From contig CAZNZM010000010.1 of the NCBI GenBank assembly GCA_964577555.1, forward strand, positions 6,796 through 38,795: a stretch of 32,000 bases of DNA, read 5' to 3'. Positions 1 to 9,200 of the stretch are shown here, piece after piece. Positions within the stretch are counted from its first letter, which is position 1; every line of letters begins with the position of its first letter. The notes beneath the pieces were generated by a model that saw nothing but the letters and a program-made list of their open reading frames with translations, had not been told where the DNA came from and did not search any database. Position numbers and translations under genes: made by a program. The DNA comes from an uncultured archaeon. GTDB lineage: Archaea; Iainarchaeota; Iainarchaeia; Iainarchaeales; Iainarchaeaceae.

Positions 1-2200
1 TTACATCAATTTGCTCAGCCATTCCGGTGGTTTCAGCATCTCTGCCCTCGTGTTGAGATTTTCTTGGCCTAATAGCCATGACAAAAGCCCTGCTTGTTTC
101 TTCTCGCCTGTCGCCTGTCAAAGCCACGCCAACAGGCAAAGTTTTAATGAAATTCGGGGCTCTGTATTTTCTTGGAATTATCGTAGGAGTTCTTTTGAAA
201 ACAGCTTTTATGTCATCGTCAAATATCAATTTATGAGTAATTATTATGTCTAATTGACTTAGAACTTTTGTATTTATTGCGGAAGGCTGTTGCGTTGCAA
301 AGACAACCGAAAGTCCGGGCCTTCTTCCTTGTTTTACATACTCAATGAGCCCTTGAGTAGCCGCGGTTATTTCATTTCCGCTTGGTATAAGGGTATGTGC
401 TTCATCTATGAATAGCCAAGTCGGGGGGATTTCAAGCTCCAAGAGTTCATTCATGCTTAAAGACTTGAATTTGTTGGCTGCTTCTTTTCTTGTTGATATT
501 TTTCTTGCAGCAAGCAGTCTTCTTGAAAGTATTCCAATAACAAGAGCAGTTACGTTGTCTTCCAAGAATGAAGTATCCAATATTGTTAATTGTCCTTCTC
601 TGGATAGTTCTCCAAGTGCCGTGCCCTTTTCGTGGAAAATACCCCAACTCTTTGCAGCTTCAAATCTGCTTACAATTGCTCTTATTGAATCAGGTTTGTA
701 TCCTTTGTCCTTGCTATTAAGTTCGGAATCTGTTTCAAGGCACTCAATAAGGTCATCCAAAGAATAATTAGCACCTTTTGGCTGGACTTTTACATTTCCT
801 TCTATTTTTTTGTATCCTTTTTCCACTTTTTTCAAAACCTTGTCAAGCAAAAGCCCAGAAACCGAAAACCTATCAACTCCAAAAGTCAAAGCCCAATCTT
901 CGCTTGTAAGCAATGAAGGCTTTATTGAAAATCCAGCGTCATAAGTTGATTTTGGCACTTGCCCTTTCATTCCTTCAGGTATAAAAACTTTGACATTGTT
1001 CAAACCTTTGGCATCCAAACCCCATTCTTTAAGCTTTTCAATCTCTTTTTGGTCTTTATTTGGAAACCTCATAGACCAAAAAACACCGATTGGATCAACT
1101 ACTATAATACCTACATTTTTGTTTTTTTCCGCTAGCTCTTCAGCTATTACACCCAAAACGTATGATTTTCCAGAACCCCTTGCGCCGCAAACAAATACCA
1201 CGTGTGGATTAAGAGAGTCAAGATAAACATCCCAATCTTCAAATTCTTTTTCTTTCACTTTCCCAACATGCAACCCGCCTTCAAATTTATAATTTGCAAA
1301 AACACTGGCTTTTCTGCCAATAAAAACCGCTTTTTTTTCGTTGTCTGAAAGAAAAGAAAGTTTTGTCTCTTCCTGCAAAACTTCTTCAGGTTGTACGTTA
1401 GTCGCGGATTTGTCAGCTTTTTCCAAAATCACTTTTTTTATTTCTTCCTTGCTGGGCGCAACGTATTTTTTTTCCTCGCGAGAATAATGGTCTACATCAA
1501 AATCAAATTCTTCATCATCCCAATCTTCAGGGCTTTTTTCATCTTCGTTTTCATCAAAATCTGGATAATCCTCTTCATCAGCAATTTCATCGTCATTGTC
1601 TTCGATTGTTTCATCTTCTCTAGGCGTTGTTTTGTTTTTTTCTTCTTGCATTTGATTTTTTTTGTGTTGATTGTTTTGTTTCGTTTCGTTTTCTTTTGTT
1701 GTTTTTTCGCTTTTCTTGTCTTTGCTAGGTTCTGCTAATTCTTTTTCAACAATTGTTTTGTAATTGTCTTTTTCCTCTTCTTCTTGTGCTTGGTTTTGTT
1801 GATTTATTGTTTGGTTGTTTTCTTCTTGTGTTTGCTTTTGTTCTTCTGTTTTGTTTTTTTCCGCAGCATGTTCAACTTTTTTTGTATTGTTTGATTCGCT
1901 CTTTTGTTTTTTTTTCTTTTTTTCTTCAACCCATTCTTCCGCACCATATTCCTCCAAATATTCTTCCTCTTCTTCGCTGTCTGAAAAATCCATCCATTCG
2001 CTTTTCATTGTTTTTTCAGCTTCTTTTTCTTCATAGTCTTCTGGCATTATCTCCTTTTCATTATTGTCAATAGCTTGGCGCAAAGATTCAACTTTTGATT
2101 GCTTTTCGTTGTCTTTTAGCATTTCCTCAAAAATATCAACGGTGTTTTTATCGTCCTTTTCAGGTTTGTTTTTATGGTTTTTTTCATATTCTTCGTTCAT
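1..2200 (-). CDS. HerA/DUF87-like P-loop ATPase with long charged N-terminal region (3' end outside window)
   Basis: Minus frame open from ATG at 2200 to the window edge; it is absent from the supplied ORF track because it is truncated. Translation contains HVVFVCGARGSGKSYVLGV (Walker A) and TWLFIDEAHTLIPSGNEITAATQGLIEYVKQGRRPGLSVVFATQQPSA (Walker B and sensor-like region), typical of HerA/DUF87 ATPases. The first ~250 aa are Glu/Lys/Asn/Gln-rich. Confidence 0.88.
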   Translation of the reverse strand, partial: MNEEYEKNHKNKPEKDDKNTVDIFEEMLKDNEKQSKVESLRQAIDNNEKEIMPEDYEEKEAEKTMKSEWMDFSDSEEEEEYLEEYGAEEWVEEKKKKKQKSESNNTKKVEHAAEKNKTEEQKQTQEENNQTINQQNQAQEEEEKDNYKTIVEKELAEPSKDKKSEKTTKENETKQNNQHKKNQMQEEKNKTTPREDETIEDNDDEIADEEDYPDFDENEDEKSPEDWDDEEFDFDVDHYSREEKKYVAPSKEEIKKVILEKADKSATNVQPEEVLQEETKLSFLSDNEKKAVFIGRKASVFANYKFEGGLHVGKVKEKEFEDWDVYLDSLNPHVVFVCGARGSGKSYVLGVIAEELAEKNKNVGIIVVDPIGVFWSMRFPNKDQKEIEKLKEWGLDAKGLNNVKVFIPEGMKGQVPKSTYDAGFSIKPSLLTSEDWALTFGVDRFSVSGLLLDKVLKKVEKGYKKIEGNVKVQPKGANYSLDDLIECLETDSELNSKDKGYKPDSIRAIVSRFEAAKSWGIFHEKGTALGELSREGQLTILDTSFLEDNVTALVIGILSRRLLAARKISTRKEAANKFKSLSMNELLELEIPPTWLFIDEAHTLIPSGNEITAATQGLIEYVKQGRRPGLSVVFATQQPSAINTKVLSQLDIIITHKLIFDDDIKAVFKRTPTIIPRKYRAPNFIKTLPVGVALTGDRREETSRAFVMAIRPRKSQHEGRDAETTGMAEQIDV

Positions 2201-2333
2201 ATTAAAACCAAATAAATAATATGCATGGATAATAAAATTATTCCTATGCAAAACATCTAAAGAACCATTGTTTTTTTGTATTCTGCTTTTTCAACACAAA
2301 CATTAATTAATAAATCGCATATTTTTTTTCTTC

Positions 2334-3524
2334 ATGGATTTTTCAAAATCCTCTGCTATTGAATTGCATTATAATTTAAAAGGCAAGCTTTCTGTCCAAT
2401 CAAAAATAAAAATAAAATCCAAAGACGAGCTTTCACTTGTCTATACTCCAGGGGTTGCCGAGCCGTGCATTGAAATAGCCAAGGACAAAAAAAAGGTTTT
2501 TGATTATACTATAAAAAGCAACACTGTTGCAGTGGTTACGGATGGAACCGCGGTTCTTGGATTAGGAGACATAGGGCCTGAAGCCTCTATTCCTGTAATG
2601 GAAGGAAAAGCCATGCTTTTCAAGGAATTTGCAGGAATAGATTCTTTTCCAATTGCTTTGGCAACAAAGGATGTGAATGAAATAGTTTCAATCATAAAAG
2701 CAATTTCACCTATTTTTGGAGGCATAAACCTTGAAGATATTTCAGCGCCAAGGTGTTTTGAAATTGAAAAAAAATTGCAAGACATAGGGATTCCAGTAAT
2801 GCATGATGACCAGCATGGGACTGCAGTAGTTGTCCAAGCGGCTCTTTCAAATGCGCTTAAAGTGGTGAAAAAAGACCCTTCTTCAGTAAAAGTTGTTGTA
2901 AGTGGTGCCGGAGCCGCTGGCACAGCAATATGCAAGCAATTGACATGTTCCGGATTTGATACTGCTCTTTGTTCCAGAGTAAAAGAAGTTTTGGTTGTTG
3001 ACAGCAATGGTATAATAAACAAAAACAGGCAGGATTTACCAAGCCACAAAAAAATGTTGGCTGAAATAACTAATCATAATGTTAAAGTAGGAAACCTTGA
3101 AGATGCATTGGTTGATGCTGATGTATTTATAGGTGTAAGCAAAGCCGGGTTGCTTACAAAAGACATGGTCAAATCAATGGCAAAAGACCCAATAATTTTT
3201 GCAATGGCTAATCCAATACCTGAAATAATGCCAAAAGATGCTATTTCTGCAGGAGCAGCCATTGTAGGAACAGGCAGAAGCGACTTTCCAAATCAAATAA
3301 ACAATGTTCTTGGATTTCCAGGAATTTTCAGAGGCGCGCTTGATGCAAAAGCCACAAAAATCACTCCGTCAATGCTGATGGCTGCATCTATTGCTCTTGC
3401 ATCTTCAATTCCAAAACCCTCAAAAGAAAATATTTTGCCAAGTCCTTTGGATAAGTCCATAGTCCCAAAAATCGCGGAAGCAGTAAAAAAACAAGCTATT
3501 GAAGAAAAGGTGACAAGAATCTAA
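2334..3524 (+). CDS. NAD(P)-dependent malic enzyme
   Basis: 396 aa; motifs YTPGVAEPCIEIAKD, VTDGTAVLGLGDIGPEASIPVMEGKAMLFK, PVMHDDQHGTAVV, VVSGAGAAGTAI, IFAMANPIPEI. Confidence 0.95.
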   Translation: MDFSKSSAIELHYNLKGKLSVQSKIKIKSKDELSLVYTPGVAEPCIEIAKDKKKVFDYTIKSNTVAVVTDGTAVLGLGDIGPEASIPVMEGKAMLFKEFAGIDSFPIALATKDVNEIVSIIKAISPIFGGINLEDISAPRCFEIEKKLQDIGIPVMHDDQHGTAVVVQAALSNALKVVKKDPSSVKVVVSGAGAAGTAICKQLTCSGFDTALCSRVKEVLVVDSNGIINKNRQDLPSHKKMLAEITNHNVKVGNLEDALVDADVFIGVSKAGLLTKDMVKSMAKDPIIFAMANPIPEIMPKDAISAGAAIVGTGRSDFPNQINNVLGFPGIFRGALDAKATKITPSMLMAASIALASSIPKPSKENILPSPLDKSIVPKIAEAVKKQAIEEKVTRI

Positions 3525-3572
3525 TTATAAATACTCTAAAATTGATTTCTATTAATAGTTTTAAAATTTTTA

Positions 3573-3646
3573 TGGACTGAGCGGGACTTGCACCCGCCGC
3601 CTTCCGGATGCGAACCGGACGCTCTAGCTGTCTGAGCTATCAGCCC
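3573..3646 (-). tRNA. tRNA-Ala (anticodon CGC)
   Basis: Cloverleaf on minus strand GGGCTGATAGCTCAGACAGCTAGAGCGTCCGGTTCGCATCCGGAAGGCGGCGGGTGCAAGTCCCGCTCAGTCCA. Loop TTCGCAT gives anticodon CGC; G3:U70 wobble pair, the alanine identity element, is present. Confidence 0.93.
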
Positions 3647-3736
3647 TTAAAAAAACTTTTCAAAATCATTTGGCTTGAGAAACTTATAAATAATTAGTTG
3701 TTTTTATAAAAAAAATCGCTTTTAAAAAACTCTTAT

Positions 3737-3970
3737 TCAAGGGGAACTTTCAATTATTCTTTTTCCCCTCAAATAAACTCCTATTGCAGTTATTATCGAA
3801 CCAAAACTTGTCATGTATAATAAAGTTCCGTTTGTAGAATAACCCGCCAAATGTTGTCTAATTCCTTCAATGAATGCTGATAACCCAAAACCAGCTAGTA
3901 TTACAACCAATAAATATATTGAAACGCTTTTGATTACTTGTGTTTTTATGACTTCAAATTCTTTGCTCAT
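3737..3970 (-). CDS. small hypothetical membrane protein (two predicted TM segments)
   Basis: 77 aa with two hydrophobic segments; no overlapping better candidate. Confidence 0.6.
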   Translation of the reverse strand: MSKEFEVIKTQVIKSVSIYLLVVILAGFGLSAFIEGIRQHLAGYSTNGTLLYMTSFGSIITAIGVYLRGKRIIESSP

Positions 3971-4046
3971 GTTTCAATTTAATGTTTTATTAATATTTAA
4001 ATCTTTGCAAATTCGTAATGCGAGTTTCTGCGTTTTTTTTGTGGTC

Positions 4047-5846
4047 TTATTCCCATTCTATTGTTGCAGGAGGTTTGTGTGTTACATCTAGCATTATGGC
4101 GCCAACCCCATTTATTTTCATGATTTTTGCAGCTATTTTTTTCAAAGTTTTTTCAGGCAAAGGATAGAACTTTGCAGTCATGGCTTCTTTTGAGCTAACA
4201 GGCCTTAAAACTATTCCTTCACCTTTGCCATTTAAAACAACAGGCAGAAGCACAACCGGAAACTGCCAAATATCATTTGCAATACCAGCTTTTTCTATTT
4301 CATCCATTGCAATAAAATCTGCGTTTTGTAGCTTTTTTACTCTCTTGTTTGAAAGATACGACTTGCAAAGTTTTATTGATTTTATTTTGCTTGGTGCAAC
4401 CAAAAACACAACTCTGTTAACAAAATTGAACGAATTTGTTATTATGGTTGAAACTTCTTCTATTATAGAATAATTCAATGGGCCTGATATTAAAACTGCA
4501 TTTCTATAAGTCCGGTTGTCTCCTTGCACTCCAACAGCTTTAACCGGCAATAATTTTGCCCAATAACCATAAGCTTCAATTTTTTTGTTTATGTTTTCTT
4601 CAGCTTTAATGTCAATTTTTTCATTTCCGCTGCTGCAAAGAATTCTTACAGCCAAACCAGGCCCTGGAAATGGCTGTCTATTAATCAGCTTGTCAGGCAA
4701 ACCCAATAATTTTCCTATTTTGCGAACTTCGTCTTTATAAAGTTGATTTAAAGGCTCAATTACTTTGCCTTCATTTATTAGTTTCATTATGATTGGAGCC
4801 CTGTTGTGGTGTGTTTTTATTTTATTGGAATTTTTTGTTCCGCCGGTTTCTATTGTGTCAGGATAAATTGTTCCTTGGCCTAACAACCAATATTTTTCGT
4901 CCAAATTTATTTTTTTCATTTCTTTAATTGTAATATCTACAAAAAGTTTTCCTATTATTTTTCTTTTTTTTTCAGGATCATAAACTTTCTTTAATGCTGA
5001 AAGAAAAATTTTTCCGGCATCAATAACATGAATTTTTTTAATGCCCAATTTTTCAACTTCTTTTTTTACTATTTTGCTTTCGTTTTTTCTCATAAAGCCG
5101 GTGTCAACGTGCATTGCAAACAAATTTTCCGGGCCTAATGATCTTGCAAGCAATGCAAGAGTGACTGTTGAATCAACCCCGCCACTCAAAAGAAGAAAAA
5201 CTTTTTTGTTTTTAGCCGTTTTTCGTATTTCAATTATTTTTTCTTCCAAATAATTTTCCATTGTCCATGTTGGCTTGCAATTGCATATTTTATAAACAAA
5301 ATTTGAAAGTATTTTAATTCCGTTTTCTGTATGGGTTACTTCTGGATGGAATTGCAATCCATAAATTTTTTTTGATTCGTTGGCAATAGCGGCAAATTCG
5401 CAATCCATTGTTGATGCAATCCCTGTAAAACCGTTCGGGAGAATTGTTACTTTGTCTCCATGGCTCATCCAAACAGTGAAATTGGAAGGCAAATCCTCAA
5501 AAAGCAAGTTATTTCTTGTTGACAATTTTGTCATGCCATACTCTTTTATATTTCCCTGCTCAACTTTTCCGCCAAGTTCGTGGCTTATTAATTGTTGTCC
5601 GTAACACAAACCTAAAATAGGTATCCCCAATTCAAATAATTCCTTGTTGAATTTTGGAGCTTCTTTGTCGTAAACGCTTGCAGGACCGCCGCTGAGAATT
5701 ATTCCAGAGGCTTTTTTTAATTTTTCAGTTGCCGCGGTTGGAAGCAGTATTTCAGAGTAAACATTGAGTTCTCTTATTCTTCTTGCAAGCAAATGCGTGT
5801 ATTGGCTTCCAAAATCAAGCACAATAATTTTTTCTTTGATTTCCAT
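4047..5846 (-). CDS. guaA: GMP synthase (glutamine-hydrolysing), fused amidotransferase and synthetase domains
   Basis: Start taken at MEIKEKIIVLDFGSQYTHL. Class I GATase nucleophile region GLCYGQQL, PP-loop LLSGGVDSTVTLALL, C-terminal KPPATIEWE. The ORF track start at 5903 is likely an upstream over-extension. Confidence 0.95.
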   Translation of the reverse strand: MEIKEKIIVLDFGSQYTHLLARRIRELNVYSEILLPTAATEKLKKASGIILSGGPASVYDKEAPKFNKELFELGIPILGLCYGQQLISHELGGKVEQGNIKEYGMTKLSTRNNLLFEDLPSNFTVWMSHGDKVTILPNGFTGIASTMDCEFAAIANESKKIYGLQFHPEVTHTENGIKILSNFVYKICNCKPTWTMENYLEEKIIEIRKTAKNKKVFLLLSGGVDSTVTLALLARSLGPENLFAMHVDTGFMRKNESKIVKKEVEKLGIKKIHVIDAGKIFLSALKKVYDPEKKRKIIGKLFVDITIKEMKKINLDEKYWLLGQGTIYPDTIETGGTKNSNKIKTHHNRAPIIMKLINEGKVIEPLNQLYKDEVRKIGKLLGLPDKLINRQPFPGPGLAVRILCSSGNEKIDIKAEENINKKIEAYGYWAKLLPVKAVGVQGDNRTYRNAVLISGPLNYSIIEEVSTIITNSFNFVNRVVFLVAPSKIKSIKLCKSYLSNKRVKKLQNADFIAMDEIEKAGIANDIWQFPVVLLPVVLNGKGEGIVLRPVSSKEAMTAKFYPLPEKTLKKIAAKIMKINGVGAIMLDVTHKPPATIEWE

Positions 5847-5925
5847 AAAATCAATTTGTGTTGTAATCAATAAATAACTTTTTATTTGCAATATGATTGG
5901 CAATTTTTAGTTGTAGCTGTCTCTA

Positions 5926-7518
5926 TTATAAATCAAACGGCACTATGCCTTGTTTGACGTATTTCTCTACAATTTCTTGGGTACAATCAGTGTCAGTATT
6001 GTACCAAGAATTAGGATCAAGTTTATATGTGCAAACTCTTGGATCGCATTTTTTGTCATCGTTAATGCAGGTGAGTGCTACTTTGACATTTTGTTGGCAT
6101 TCTTTGACGAATAACGAATGTTGAATTGATAAGCAATACTTGTCATCTTTCATTGCCACTGCATAGCGGTTATAGCATTGTTCAGTGCCACTATATTTCA
6201 ATGATCTCATTTCTTTTCTTTGAACTTTGTCGCAAACTTCTGGGACTTTTGCGTCAAGCGCGATTTTTGCATAACAATCCACGTATGCTGAATCTCTTTG
6301 GATTTTTTCGCATTTTCTTGAATCTTTGGTATCAAATGCAATATCGCTAATGCATTTTTCAAACAGTGATTGGTTTGTCCTGCTTATGCCGATGCACAAA
6401 TCTTCGTTCTTGATTTTTTTGGATGTTTCGAATATGCATTTATCTTTAAGATCTGTGTTTCCATCTATTTTTAAGCATCTTTCAATTGAATTGAAATCGG
6501 AAGCATATGCGTAATAACATTCGTTTCTTATTTTTAATTCATTTATTAATGGACAAGTTGATTCGCCATACAAGTTGGTTGCAATATATTTTATACACGA
6601 ATTTTTTAATTCATATTTCAAGTTATAACACGCTTTTACGTCTCCTCTTTTGGAAGCATACCATGCGCTGCAATAATCAAATGCATTTTCGTCTTTTACT
6701 ATGCTGCAAGAAAAATTTGTGTCTGGAACATTTGATGCGTTTTTGAAGCACTCTGCACTCAAAGCTTTGTCAACAAAGTGGTTACATTTTTCCCCATTAT
6801 TTGCCATGTTTATTTGTTTTAGGCAATCGTCTCTTGCATTTACTCCGACTATTTTATAAGTATCGCTGACTTTAAGGCAAATATCTGGGTCGTTTGTACT
6901 TGCCGCAATTCCTTTATAACATTGGTCTCTGGTTTTAGGCTCAAAAATATTTTTACAAGTATCAAATGTGCCTATTCCGTTGTAGCAATCATCTTTTTTG
7001 GCTACATCTTCTATATATTTACAAATTTTGTTGTTTTTAAGTGACTTTCCCACTGAATTATAACAATCGTCTTTGAGATATGTGTCTATGATTTTTATGC
7101 AGACGTTGTAATCAGCCATTGCAACTCCTGCCTCAAAAAAGCATCTTGACTTGAATTCTTCCGACACCAAAGTGCATGGAAATTCGGATTTGTTGGAAGT
7201 TGCGGTGTTAATAAGGCAAATTTCAGCATCAAGAGGCGGGCCAGCATTGCATTTTTCTATGCTACGAACAACTTCTACAGGCACGCCAGGGTATTTATCC
7301 AAATTTATGTCGATTATTTGCTGTTTTGCATCTTTGTTTTCGTCTTCTTTGGGTTTATTAAAATCTATTTGCTTGTTAGTGTCAATATTTTTATTTTGGT
7401 CAATTTCTTTATTTTTATCCAAATTTGGCGGGTTGTCATGTTGTTTGGTTTTTAAACAGCCAAATAATACAATAGATACGCAAAGTATTGCACAAAAAAT
7501 CAATATTTTTTTCTTCAT
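5926..7518 (-). CDS. secreted lipoprotein with repeated Cys-pair modules, unknown function
   Basis: 530 aa. N-terminus MKKKILIFCAILCVSIVLFGCLKTK is a signal peptide with lipobox-like Cys. Asn/Lys/Asp-rich linker, then many units such as CIKIIDTYLKDDCYNSVGKSLKNNKICKYIEDVAKKDDCYNGIG. Confidence 0.85.
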   Translation of the reverse strand: MKKKILIFCAILCVSIVLFGCLKTKQHDNPPNLDKNKEIDQNKNIDTNKQIDFNKPKEDENKDAKQQIIDINLDKYPGVPVEVVRSIEKCNAGPPLDAEICLINTATSNKSEFPCTLVSEEFKSRCFFEAGVAMADYNVCIKIIDTYLKDDCYNSVGKSLKNNKICKYIEDVAKKDDCYNGIGTFDTCKNIFEPKTRDQCYKGIAASTNDPDICLKVSDTYKIVGVNARDDCLKQINMANNGEKCNHFVDKALSAECFKNASNVPDTNFSCSIVKDENAFDYCSAWYASKRGDVKACYNLKYELKNSCIKYIATNLYGESTCPLINELKIRNECYYAYASDFNSIERCLKIDGNTDLKDKCIFETSKKIKNEDLCIGISRTNQSLFEKCISDIAFDTKDSRKCEKIQRDSAYVDCYAKIALDAKVPEVCDKVQRKEMRSLKYSGTEQCYNRYAVAMKDDKYCLSIQHSLFVKECQQNVKVALTCINDDKKCDPRVCTYKLDPNSWYNTDTDCTQEIVEKYVKQGIVPFDL

Positions 7519-7665
7519 AACACTTTTACAAATAAGATTTGTTTTATATTTAAATATTCTTGTATTGGCTGATTTGTAGAACTTTTTTTTAGTTTATAAA
7601 TAATCTCCTTTTTAATAATTATTTTTTTTAAGCCTTGTTTTTTTTTGTTTTAGTTGTTTTTTTGC

Positions 7666-7749
7666 GAGCCGTTTTTTGTCATTTTTTTGAATTCTTTTTT
7701 TTAATTATTTTTTTTGCAAGTCATTTTTTTTCAGTTGTTTTTTTTGTGA
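7666..7749 (+). repeat. T-tract intergenic repeat, copy A
   Basis: gagccgttttttgtcatttttttgaattcttttttttaattattttttttgcaagtcattttttttcagttg... recurs at 12634, differing essentially only in T-run lengths. Confidence 0.8.
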
Positions 7750-7882
7750 GCCGATTTTTTTAAACAATTTTTGTTTGATGTTTTATTTTTTTTGCGAACC
7801 AATTTTTTTGTTGATTGGGTTTTTTTATTTTTAAAATGTATAAATTATTTTTTGTGATTTTGTTTTTTTAGACGTTGTTTTT

Positions 7883-9061
7883 TTATGCAAACATTCTTTG
7901 CTCCGGTTTTTCTTCCTGCTTTTTTGAAAGTTTTTTTATCGCCTCATCAAACTCTTTCATACTAACAGAATTTTTATTTTTCCGCAAAGCGAACATTCCT
8001 GCTTCCGTGCATATTGCTTTAATGTCTGCCCCAGTATGTCCTTCTGTTATTTCAGCTAGTTTTCTTAAATCAACGTTTTTTTCAATGTTCATTTTTTTTG
8101 TGTATATTTCAAATATTTTTATCCTTGCTTCAAATTGGGGTGGCGATATTTCAATAATTCTGTCAAAACGCCCCGGCCTGAGCAATGCTGGGTCAATCAT
8201 GTCTATTCTGTTTGTTGCGCCTATGATTTTTACTCCTTTGATTTTTTCAAATCCGTCCATTTCAGCCAATAATTGCATTAATGTTCTCTGCACTTCCCTG
8301 TCCCCGTTTGCTGTCATGTATCTGTGCGATGCAACAGAATCAATTTCATCAATAAAGATTATTGACGGCTTTTTTTCTTTTGCAAGGCTGAATAGATCCC
8401 TGACAAGCCTTGAACCTTCTCCTATGTATTTTCTTACCAAATCTGAACCTGAAAGCGAAATGAATACTGAATTGGTTTTGTTGGCGACTGCCTTTGCAAG
8501 CATGGTTTTTCCAGTGCCAGGAATTCCATACAACAATACTCCGTTTGGTGGTTCTATGCCAAGTTTCTCAAATTTTTCCGGTTTTGTCAATGGAAGTATA
8601 ACAGCTTCTTCCAATTCCTGTATCTCCTTTTCAAGTCCGCCAATTTGTTCAAATGTAGTATCAGGTTTTTCAATTATTTCCATTGCATTTACCCGCCAAT
8701 CCCTGCTTTCAGGAAAAACTTGGGTTATACTCAATGTTCTTTGATTCATAGCCACTCTTTTGCCGGGTTCAAGCAAAGGCGCAAGTTCTGAGAGTGCTTT
8801 GACTAAAAAATCCATTCCATTGCTGTTTCTGACAATTACGTATCCGTTTTGCAATACTTCAACTATTGTCCCGACAATAAGTGGCGGGGATTTCAGTTCG
8901 TTCAATTCCCTTCTTGCCCTTTCAAGATCCAATTGCAATTGTGATATTCTTGCATTTGTAACTTGTCGTTCAATGTGTAAATTTCTTAATTCTTCTTCCA
9001 AACTAAAAGCGTAATCGTATTGTTTTATTTCTGGTCTTTTTGTTTCATTTGTGTTAGCCAT
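7883..9061 (-). CDS. pan: proteasome-activating nucleotidase (AAA+ ATPase)
   Basis: 392 aa. N-terminal coiled coil, OB-like segment, LYGIPGTGKTMLAKAVANKT, IIFIDEIDSVASHR, RPGRFDRIIEI, AEITEGHTGADIKAICTEAGMFALR. Confidence 0.93.
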   Translation of the reverse strand: MANTNETKRPEIKQYDYAFSLEEELRNLHIERQVTNARISQLQLDLERARRELNELKSPPLIVGTIVEVLQNGYVIVRNSNGMDFLVKALSELAPLLEPGKRVAMNQRTLSITQVFPESRDWRVNAMEIIEKPDTTFEQIGGLEKEIQELEEAVILPLTKPEKFEKLGIEPPNGVLLYGIPGTGKTMLAKAVANKTNSVFISLSGSDLVRKYIGEGSRLVRDLFSLAKEKKPSIIFIDEIDSVASHRYMTANGDREVQRTLMQLLAEMDGFEKIKGVKIIGATNRIDMIDPALLRPGRFDRIIEISPPQFEARIKIFEIYTKKMNIEKNVDLRKLAEITEGHTGADIKAICTEAGMFALRKNKNSVSMKEFDEAIKKLSKKQEEKPEQRMFA

Positions 9062-9200
9062 GAGGACACTTCTTTTGTGTTTTCAATCTGAACAAGTTTA
9101 AATTATGAATTTAATATTAATAACTAACGGTTTGCATTGGTTTTTAAATGAAACTCTAACCAGTCTTTTAAGCAATAAATGTTTGGCGCGTGATGTTTTA

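Noticed and set aside
1391-2073. Phe-rich + strand ORFs (e.g. MYVSRGFVSFFQNHFFYFFLAG...)
   Set aside because: Antisense to the charged Lys/Glu-rich N-terminal region of the HerA-like gene; poly-Phe arises from complement of Lys codons.
7875-8744. 289-aa + strand ORF opposite pan
   Set aside because: Antisense shadow of the clearly coding PAN gene; low-complexity Ser/Phe composition typical of a reverse-complement frame.
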